From: Candidatus Hermodarchaeota archaeon
GTDB taxonomy: Archaea > Asgardarchaeota > Lokiarchaeia > Sigyniarchaeales > SOKP01
NCBI GenBank assembly: GCA_048885535.1
Contig: JBHLLO010000085.1
Location: 1-11,535, forward strand
Direction of reading: 5' to 3'
Length of the DNA stretch: 11,535 nucleotides
Made by a program: the position numbers and the translations under genes. Below, piece by piece: positions 1 through 6,482 of this stretch (its first letter is position 1; every line of letters begins with the position of its first letter). A model generated the notes under the pieces. It was not told where the DNA came from. It ran no database searches and saw only the letters and a program-made list of their open reading frames with translations.

Positions 1-1047
1 AGGAAGAAAGTTGACAGAATTCCTTGTTTTCCATTCGTTTCTGCTGCCGCTGCTCAAATTAGAAGATTAAATTATGGGGAGTATGCTTCTAACCCAGAAT
101 TGTTTTTAAAATGTCAGGTTGAAGCTCAACAATTGTTTGGTTATGATGGAATAACTGCAATGCCAGATCTTTGTGTTGAGGCTCAAGCATTTGGAGCTAA
201 GATAATATATCCCCCTGATAATGCCGCATATCCTGATCCATACAATCCAATTATAAAATCTGCCGAGGAATATAAGAATGTCGACAAGTTATTTAGCTGG
301 TCTCATGCAGAAAGGATGAAGAACCAAATACAGGTAATTAAAACAATTAAGGAAGATTTACCTAATGTAATGATTGGAGGAATGACTATTGGACCTTTGG
401 GATTACTTTCACGACTTCGTAATGCAAATGATTTAGTAAGAGATTTTGTTCATAATGCCGACAAACTGCATGAAGCATGTGAGGTTATTACAGACATTCA
501 AATTGAGTATGTTGAGAAGCAAATTGAAGCAGGAGCTAGAACTATTATGGTACCTGTTGTTCTTGCTGAAAGGGAACTAATGAGTGAGGAAATGTGGTTA
601 GAATTGGACATGCCTTATCAGAAAAGGATTGCTGATTTCGTGCGAAAAAAACGCTGTTTCTATTTACTTCATACATGTGGTCGAGGTCCCTACTTTGATC
701 CTATAATTAAGTATTTAAAACCGGTAATAATACAAAATGCATTTCTACCAGATGGAATAAAAACTGAGGAAGAAATGGTTGAAAAATATGGTAAAAAGTT
801 GATTTTCCTTGGATTTTTAAGTGTCTCCCTTCTAGCATGGGGGAATCCTATGGAAGTGATTGCAGAGTGCAAAAGACAACTTGAAGTTTTTGGAAAAACC
901 CCTGCTGGATACATTTTGGGGGCTTCTTGTGAATATCCCCCCTATGCTCCTCTTTATAATGCAATGGCAGTAGTAAAAGCAGCTAGAATATATGGAAAGA
1001 ATTATAGAACAGGATATGGTCCTAACTATAAAGAAGAAGGAGGTTAA
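1..1047 (+). CDS. MtaA/CmuA-like (MT2-type) methylcorrinoid methyltransferase, uroporphyrinogen decarboxylase superfamily; 5'-truncated by window edge
   Basis: Frame 1 is open from base 1 (RKKVDRIPCFPFVSAAAAQ...), so the gene starts upstream of the window, not at 100. DRIP motif, FGYD, 'DLCVEAQAFG', GP motif, Zn-ligand pattern HTCG ... GASCE near the C-terminus; directly followed by a corrinoid protein gene. Confidence 0.85.
   Translation, partial: RKKVDRIPCFPFVSAAAAQIRRLNYGEYASNPELFLKCQVEAQQLFGYDGITAMPDLCVEAQAFGAKIIYPPDNAAYPDPYNPIIKSAEEYKNVDKLFSWSHAERMKNQIQVIKTIKEDLPNVMIGGMTIGPLGLLSRLRNANDLVRDFVHNADKLHEACEVITDIQIEYVEKQIEAGARTIMVPVVLAERELMSEEMWLELDMPYQKRIADFVRKKRCFYLLHTCGRGPYFDPIIKYLKPVIIQNAFLPDGIKTEEEMVEKYGKKLIFLGFLSVSLLAWGNPMEVIAECKRQLEVFGKTPAGYILGASCEYPPYAPLYNAMAVVKAARIYGKNYRTGYGPNYKEEGG
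1039..1044 (+). promoter_or_regulatory. Ribosome-binding site GGAGGT for the corrinoid protein (TTG at 1052)
   Basis: GGAGGT lies 7 nt before an in-frame TTG and overlaps the last codons of the methyltransferase. Confidence 0.65.
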
Positions 1048-1051
1048 AAGG

Positions 1052-1699
1052 TTGCCTGAAGACCCTATTTTTCAAAAATTAAGAGATAGTGTGTTAAACT
1101 ATGATATAAGAGCCGCAGAAGAAGCTGCTAAAGAAGCTTTAGAAGCAGGAATCAATCCTCTTGATGCAATTAGTAAGGGACTTTATTTAGGAATAAAAGA
1201 AATTGCCGAGCAATATGAAAAGACAATATTTATCACCGACATGATTTTAGCCTCTGATACTTTCTATGCGGGGGCTAATATTTTAAAAAAAGGAATTTCT
1301 TTTCAGGAATTTAAGAAAAGCCGCAAGGGTGTTGTAGTTATTGGTGTAGTGAAGGGAGACGTTCATGATCTTGGTAAAAATTTGGTGAAGTATCTGTTTG
1401 AAGCTGAAGGATTTGAAGTAATAGACCTTGGATTTGATGTTCCTACAAATAAGTTCATCGATGAAGCTGAAAATAATAATGCTGATTTAATCTTAATTTC
1501 CGCGATGTTAAGTTCAATGTTTCCTGAAATAGGAAAAATAGTTGATTTAGCAAAAGAAAGAGGTCTAAAAGACAAAGGAGTTAAAATTATGGCTGGGGGA
1601 GGACCTGTCACAGAACAAATAGCATATAAATATGGAGCTGATGGATGGGCATTAACAGCCCCCGATGCTGTAAAAATGGCTTTAAAGCTTATCAAATAG
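1052..1699 (+). CDS. Corrinoid (cobalamin-binding) protein, MtaC/MtbC/MttC-like
   Basis: N-terminal cap domain (ALEAGINPLDAI..GL), base-off/His-on motif GDVHDLGKNLV (DxHxxG), IDLG, SAML, GGG, GAD. Start moved from 992 to TTG 1052 because of the RBS and to avoid a 56-nt overlap. Confidence 0.92.
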   Translation: MPEDPIFQKLRDSVLNYDIRAAEEAAKEALEAGINPLDAISKGLYLGIKEIAEQYEKTIFITDMILASDTFYAGANILKKGISFQEFKKSRKGVVVIGVVKGDVHDLGKNLVKYLFEAEGFEVIDLGFDVPTNKFIDEAENNNADLILISAMLSSMFPEIGKIVDLAKERGLKDKGVKIMAGGGPVTEQIAYKYGADGWALTAPDAVKMALKLIK

Positions 1700-1721
1700 A
1701 AATCAGAAACTAAAAAAACCT

Positions 1722-2402
1722 TTAATCCTGATTACGAGTTTTTCTCCTATAAATATAAAACCCTAAAATGCTCAATCCAGCGATCCCACTAATAGTTAGT
1801 CCGATCATAAGTCCTAAAAGAACATTATTCAAGAGAGAATCACTCAGGACAATAGTTGGAATATGATTTTGTCCATAGGAACTTTCTTTAGAAGGAATTT
1901 GTCCTAAGTTATATTGAAAAAATAATGATAAAATACAAATTGAAAAAGTATTAGATGTAAGATGACTCTTAATATCTATATCATAACTATATCCACTTCT
2001 TAATTCTCTTGAAAATAAAAAACTTCCAAGCGAAGGGCGATTATTCCAATTGACTGTTGATTCGTTCCAAATTTGTATTACTCTGAATACATCAACATCA
2101 AGAGTTGATTGACTCTGAGTAAGAACGATATAAAATTGTAAACTAATTGTATCATATTCGTTATAATTAGAGGGCAACACGAAATAAATAAGAGTATAGC
2201 ATCTGCCTGCTACAATATTCATATCATTACAGATCCATAACCAGTTAAGATCTCCTGTGTTAAAATCAGGGTACATATCGCCTATAAAGGCATCTGCTGA
2301 AGGATAAATAACTTGGGTTGGTTCTCCTTGTACTGAAATCGGATTAAGAATCAAGTTTAAAATAAGAGACCATAATATAAGCTTAATTTTGGAAGATTTC
2401 AT
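1722..2402 (-). CDS. Exported, C-terminally membrane-anchored DNRLRE/CBM96-like domain protein
   Basis: N-terminal signal-like segment (MKSSKIK + hydrophobic run + VQG), motifs ADAFI..PD.N.G, WNESTVNWNNRP, SKE...P typical of DNRLRE-type beta domains, C-terminal hydrophobic helix followed by RRKTR. Confidence 0.7.
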   Translation of the reverse strand: MKSSKIKLILWSLILNLILNPISVQGEPTQVIYPSADAFIGDMYPDFNTGDLNWLWICNDMNIVAGRCYTLIYFVLPSNYNEYDTISLQFYIVLTQSQSTLDVDVFRVIQIWNESTVNWNNRPSLGSFLFSRELRSGYSYDIDIKSHLTSNTFSICILSLFFQYNLGQIPSKESSYGQNHIPTIVLSDSLLNNVLLGLMIGLTISGIAGLSILGFYIYRRKTRNQD

Positions 2403-2628
2403 TCTTTATTCATTCTTTCCATTAAATGATCTATATCCTTAATAATATCGTGCCACTTGTTAAAACTTCAATGATCCTTTTTAAGTGTTTATATCATTAT
2501 AAGGTAAAACCTTATTATTTCTCTTGAATTTAGGAAAAAATAAATTTAGTTATCTTATTTCAAAAATATTTATTTAATAATTAAATACAACTTTCTTTAT
2601 GGAGTCTAAAAGTGAAAATGAAATATAT

Positions 2629-2659
2629 CGAAAGCTTTAAAAATATTAAGTAGAGGTGA
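2629..2659 (+). promoter_or_regulatory. Putative archaeal BRE/TATA (CGAAAGCTTTAAAAATA) and RBS GAGGTGA upstream of the PDO-like gene
   Basis: Purine-rich BRE-like GAAA then TTTAAA at about 2636-2641; GAGGTGA at 2653-2659, 8 nt before TTG 2668. Confidence 0.5.
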
Positions 2660-2667
2660 GAAGCTAG

Positions 2668-3306
2668 TTGCCAGTTTCCTATATTTATAAGAGGATGATT
2701 CGAGAGGAGATTAAAAAGCTCAACAAACCTGTTACATTAAAAGTATTTACATCATCTAAGAATCTCCAAGAATCTATTTATATGATGGATACATTGGATA
2801 TCTATCAAAAAGCTTCTAATGGAATGTTGAAAATTGACGAGTATAAGTTGGAATCTAATGCTGAATTTGTAGGAGAATATGATATTCAACGAGGACCTGC
2901 GATATTATTAATAAATAATAAAGGAATTGAAATTATACGTTATTTAGCGGTACCTATGGCAGCAGAAATAGAACCATTTGTACAAGCATTAATGATATTT
3001 ACTGGAGCGCTTAATTATTATGAAGTTGCTATAAAACAAAACCTTAGTAAAATAGATTCTCTCGTGATTAAGCTATTAATAACAGATTCATGTGTTTATT
3101 GTCCAACTATTTTATCAATTTGCAGTCAGTTTGCTTTAGCATCAGAAGGCAAAATAAGGACTGTTATTATAGATATTATGGCACATCCAGACATAGGTGA
3201 AGATTATAATATCTCAACTGTCCCATATTTAATCATTAATGAAGAAAAAAAGCTAAATGGGATTATTAGTGCAGAGGAGCTCTTAAAAGAAATATTAAAA
3301 GAGTGA
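2668..3306 (+). CDS. Protein disulfide oxidoreductase (PDO/AhpF-NTD-like, two thioredoxin folds)
   Basis: PVTLKVFT, IRY..VP...E..PF, C-terminal CVYCP, YNISTVP cis-Pro loop; strong RBS. Confidence 0.8.
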   Translation: MPVSYIYKRMIREEIKKLNKPVTLKVFTSSKNLQESIYMMDTLDIYQKASNGMLKIDEYKLESNAEFVGEYDIQRGPAILLINNKGIEIIRYLAVPMAAEIEPFVQALMIFTGALNYYEVAIKQNLSKIDSLVIKLLITDSCVYCPTILSICSQFALASEGKIRTVIIDIMAHPDIGEDYNISTVPYLIINEEKKLNGIISAEELLKEILKE

Positions 3307-3323
3307 TATTAGGCAATATAGAA

Positions 3324-3809
3324 TTACTTTTGGCTTTCATTAATTTCTGTTCCAAATCTTGTGGCATTTTTTACTCCAAGTCTAAATAACCCTTTAAATT
3401 TAGTGCTGGCTATTAACTGACCACCAAATTCTTCAATTTTTGCTTTCATATAATTAAGTGCTTTATTAGCAGTGATTCGAGCCGTATTGAATGCAATTAC
3501 TCGCTTTCCACTAAGATTTCCTATTTTTGTTAAAATTTCATCGAAAACTTTAGGAGGGAACCCCCCATGAGTGGGCATTCCAATAATAATCAAATCATAA
3601 CCTACCACATCTAGTTTATTTAATTCAGTTTCTATCAAAGTAAAATCTCCTTTGTTGAAATTTTCTAACACCTTTAACTTCTCATTAAATTTTCCCACTA
3701 TTTCAAAAGGAATGTAACTTATCTCGTAGTTAATTAAGGTGCTTGCGATAGCTTCTGCCATTTTTTTTGTTCTTCCTCCCATAGTAAAATAAGTAATTAA
3801 CGCTTTCAT
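3324..3809 (-). CDS. Flavodoxin-like protein
   Basis: MKALITYFTMGGRTKKMAEAIA phosphate-binding loop, YDLIIIGMPTHGG, LSGKRVIAFNT. Confidence 0.85.
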   Translation of the reverse strand: MKALITYFTMGGRTKKMAEAIASTLINYEISYIPFEIVGKFNEKLKVLENFNKGDFTLIETELNKLDVVGYDLIIIGMPTHGGFPPKVFDEILTKIGNLSGKRVIAFNTARITANKALNYMKAKIEEFGGQLIASTKFKGLFRLGVKNATRFGTEINESQK

Positions 3810-3885
3810 AATTTTGAAATAATTTTAATTCATAAAAAGATTTTTGAATAAAATATGAGTTTCAGTTGTCATTATTAAAAAGAAG

Positions 3886-3923
3886 ATTAAAAAAAAATAA
3901 CTACAAATTTCTTTTTTTTTAAT
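3886..3923. terminator. 12-bp A/T inverted repeat with T9 runs on both strands; putative terminator
   Basis: ATT-A9 (3886-3897), 14-nt spacer, T9-AAT (3912-3923), just downstream of the 73-aa minus-strand gene. Confidence 0.4.
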
Positions 3924-3958
3924 TTTCCTCTATTCTATAAAAAAGGCTATTTATTGGC

Positions 3959-4180
3959 TTACTCTACACTTAACTGATAATAATAGCCTTCATTTTTTAG
4001 GATTTTTAGTGTTCCATTTTTCCTATAAATATAAATTAGTTCACTTATCTCTGTAGGAGGAATTCCATAATTTTCTGCCATAATTTCTATCATAAACTTT
4101 GGGAATTTTTTGTAAGTATGTTGTAAATATTGTAGTGCTTCCAAAAACTTTTCCGAATAATCAATTTCTGTGATTACCAT
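3959..4180 (-). CDS. Small hypothetical protein, putative winged-helix DNA-binding fold
   Basis: AGGTG RBS (4192-4188) 7 nt before ATG; pattern helix-helix(IMAENYGIP)-helix(EISELIYIYRKNG)-strand-turn-strand(LKIL..EGYYYQL) resembles wHTH. Confidence 0.7.
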   Translation of the reverse strand: MVITEIDYSEKFLEALQYLQHTYKKFPKFMIEIMAENYGIPPTEISELIYIYRKNGTLKILKNEGYYYQLSVE

Positions 4181-4268
4181 TATAAAACACCTTACAAATA
4201 AATTATACTACCTCTTTAAAAAGGAAAAATTGTTTATTATAATACTATTAATATTCTTAATTCTATTA

Positions 4269-4294
4269 ATACGATGAAATATCGTATATTTAAA
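4269..4294 (-). promoter_or_regulatory. TATA box TTTAAATA (4294-4287) abutting perfect palindrome ATACGAT-N5-ATCGTAT (4269-4287)
   Basis: 7-bp perfect inverted arms containing CG in an AT-rich spacer, immediately downstream of a TATA-like octamer oriented toward the 73-aa gene. Confidence 0.55.
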
Positions 4295-4461
4295 TGTTAT
4301 TAAAACCGATTGTTGATGTACGAATAAGATGACAAATTACATTGAATTAAAGATATATTATTTGATTAAAATACTATTTTATCAGGTAAAAACTTTAAAT
4401 TAATGATAAAAATTTTCATTTAAAGGAAGTTAATTAAAAATAAATTGATATTCTTTTTATA

Positions 4462-4629
4462 TTATGATATCCTGGTCCATTGTCCTTTATCTATCTCTTC
4501 TTCATTTACAACCTGAACAGGATGACCAGAGTGATTTGAATCAAATATTTTCAATTGCTCAATATTGTCATATTGAGTCTCATGAATATACACATATTCA
4601 TGGCATTTGAAACATACTTTAATTTTTAT
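4462..4629 (-). CDS. 55-aa putative zinc-binding microprotein (CxxC...HxxH), absent from the ORF track; apparent ATA start
   Basis: Hand translation: (I/M)KIKVCFKCHEYVYIHETQYDNIEQLKIFDSNHSGHPVQVVNEEEIDKGQWTRIS*. RBS-like GGAAGTGA (4642-4635) 5 nt before ATA 4629; in-frame TAA directly precedes the ATA. Confidence 0.72.
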   Translation of the reverse strand: MKIKVCFKCHEYVYIHETQYDNIEQLKIFDSNHSGHPVQVVNEEEIDKGQWTRIS

Positions 4630-4776
4630 TTAATTCACTTCCTTTCTTCAATTTTTTACTAAATAAAGAAAAAATTATATACAAATTTTATTATAGAAAT
4701 TACTCTATTTAAACTTAATTTTAAAGAGGGATAGGAAATCAACAAAAGAAAATTATTTTCACACTTTCTAAATAAA

Positions 4777-5469
4777 TCATAATATGAATTTTTTTATAGC
4801 ATTTCGAAACTGTTTTGCTACTTCATTAGGATTTTTTGTGCGTGTGATTGCTCCACCCACTATAATAATCTCTATTGGATAAGACATTAACTTTGGAATA
4901 TCACTAACTTGAATCCCTCCAGCTATAACTAATTTTGGATGACCACGTATACGTGCTACAGATTCTATTTCAAAAAATGGAGCTTGTCGAGATGCTTGAC
5001 GGTCTAAACCACTATGAACTGCCGCATAATGTAATGATGTCTCTTTATAATGAAGATTTATAATTTCTGCTAATCTGATAGTAGGAGATCGGGACACGAT
5101 AAGATCTGCCATGATTTCAACATTAAAATCGTGTGCTGCGCGTAGAGCTTCTTCAATAGTAATATTATAAGCATCAGCAAGTATTGTTACTATATCTGCT
5201 CTAGCTTTTGCTGCCATTTTTACTTCTAGATAACCCGCATCAGCAGTTTTTAAATCAGCACAGACTAATTTATCAGGGTGAGCTTCTTTTAATGCTTTAA
5301 TTACTCCAACTCCTTCAGATTTTATTAACGGAGTTCCAGCTTCTAAAATGTCAATAAAAGGCGCGACTTTTTTTGCTATTTTTAAAGTTTCTTCCAAACT
5401 TTCAAGATCAAGCGCTACCTGTAATTTTGGATTAGGTTTCTTTTCCTTTTTAGTATCTGTTAGACTCAT
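4777..5469 (-). CDS. hxlA: 3-hexulose-6-phosphate synthase (HPS; OMPDC/HUMPS TIM-barrel family)
   Basis: LQVALD, EAGTPLIKSEG, ADLKTADAG, HSGLDRQ, IAGGI, IVGGAIT motifs. KGPDC (UlaD) activity cannot be fully excluded. Confidence 0.8.
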   Translation of the reverse strand: MSLTDTKKEKKPNPKLQVALDLESLEETLKIAKKVAPFIDILEAGTPLIKSEGVGVIKALKEAHPDKLVCADLKTADAGYLEVKMAAKARADIVTILADAYNITIEEALRAAHDFNVEIMADLIVSRSPTIRLAEIINLHYKETSLHYAAVHSGLDRQASRQAPFFEIESVARIRGHPKLVIAGGIQVSDIPKLMSYPIEIIIVGGAITRTKNPNEVAKQFRNAIKKFIL

Positions 5470-5492
5470 TTTATATTTAATTTCTATTAAAT

Positions 5493-5642
5493 CTAAAATA
5501 AATATTTCGCTGTTCTTTCAAATTTGTATTTCTTTAATTTTTGATTTAATTTAATTGCTGCATCAGAAATCTCTCCCGAGAAACCCCCATAATCACCACA
5601 ATAAAGTCCACAATATGCAAGTAACTCTCTTTTTCCCTTCAT
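5493..5642 (-). pseudogene. Truncated DUF3795-like (Cys-rich) gene remnant, 49 aa, absent from the ORF track
   Basis: MKGKRELLAYCGLYCGDYGGFSGEISDAAIKLNQKLKKYKFERTAKYLF*; AYCGLYCxxC-type opening motif with the third Cys as Tyr (TAT); the downstream Cys clusters are missing; ATG overlaps the upstream stop (ATGA). Confidence 0.6.
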
Positions 5643-5869
5643 CGTTTTTCTTTTATATATATTTTTAATATTTTTTTTTTTTTTTTTTCTAATGATTCTA
5701 TTTTATATATAAAAACCATTAAAATTAGGAAAATGATGAGAATATCAAAAATTTCAATGATAAACATGCTTTGTGGAATTAAATTCATCCTTACCATGAA
5801 ATAAGTAGCACTAGCATAGATCAAAAACAGAATTACAACTAAAATTCTAATTTTAAAGTTTGAACTCAT
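5639..5869 (-). CDS. Small membrane protein (two predicted TM helices, basic tail)
   Basis: Two hydrophobic stretches (ILVVILFLIYASATYFMV; MFIIEIFDILIIFLILMVFIY); C-terminus depends on an 18-nt homopolymer. Confidence 0.55.
   Translation of the reverse strand: MSSNFKIRILVVILFLIYASATYFMVRMNLIPQSMFIIEIFDILIIFLILMVFIYKIESLEKKKKKILKIYIKEKR
5671..5688. repeat. T18 homopolymer (A18 on coding strand)
   Basis: Directly visible; the longest mononucleotide run in the window. Confidence 0.95.
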
Positions 5870-6118
5870 AATACCTTAAAGTATAATATCTCAATCTTAA
5901 TTATTATATTTTTCTTCCAGATAATAATCTCTTTCAGCTATTTATATTTAATCAAAATAGTTATTGAAGTTAATGATAAAATTGCTTTCGAAGTTAGGAA
6001 AAGAGATAAATTTTAACACAACATTATTATTGTGATTAAGTTAAAATAAAATATTGTGTGATTTGAAATTCCTCTCAGTTATCATGATTGGTATTGCGAA
6101 GACTTATTCTATGCTTAT

Positions 6119-6442
6119 ATGAATAAAAGTATTAGCCTTCATGAGTTATTAAAAAAATTAGATTATAACCAAGTAAATAAACAAAGAGAATTAATTAATC
6201 TTTTAAACTTGATATTAACTAATAGCTTTCCTCATTATTGTTTCAATGAAAATTGCAAAGAAAAATTATACTTCTCTAATACTTATGATTATACTAAAAG
6301 GGAATATAATTTGAACTTAAAAGAATTTGTGAAGATATGGGTTGCGCCACTTAATTTAGACAAATTTCATCATTGGCATGTAAGTGTTCCCTTTTATTGC
6401 TGTGAATGTTTTAAACTGAAAGCTCAGAAAGATCATCAATAA
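6119..6442 (+). CDS. Hypothetical Cys-rich, putative zinc-binding protein
   Basis: 107-aa ORF with CFNENC and FYCCEC motifs separated by about 47 aa; HHWH patch. Confidence 0.7.
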   Translation: MNKSISLHELLKKLDYNQVNKQRELINLLNLILTNSFPHYCFNENCKEKLYFSNTYDYTKREYNLNLKEFVKIWVAPLNLDKFHHWHVSVPFYCCECFKLKAQKDHQ

Positions 6443-6482
6443 CTTAAAATCTAAAAATAGAAACAATATCTCCTGCTAGAAC

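Noticed and set aside
690-914. 74-aa minus-strand ORF
   Set aside because: Antisense shadow fully inside the methyltransferase; no motifs.
1363-1695. 110-aa minus-strand ORF
   Set aside because: Antisense shadow of the corrinoid protein.
1-1699. Pyrrolysine (TAG) recoding in the methyltransferase module
   Set aside because: No internal TAG; the enzyme is MT2/UROD-type rather than MtmB/MtbB/MttB; the corrinoid gene's TAG falls at the normal C-terminus.
3304-3312. Selenocysteine readthrough of the PDO-like gene's TGA
   Set aside because: TGA is at the natural end of the fold and is followed by TAT TAG; no redox motif would be created.
5487-5495. Readthrough or fusion of the DUF3795-like remnant into hps
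   Set aside because: TAG is followed by ATT TAA, and hps is in a different frame.
5348-5554. 68-aa plus-strand ORF
   Set aside because: Antisense to hps and the DUF3795-like remnant; no motifs.
4400-5982. TTAATGATAAAA repeated at 4400 and 5970 as a Fur-like box
   Set aside because: Nearly all A/T in very AT-rich spacers; cannot be distinguished from chance without statistics.
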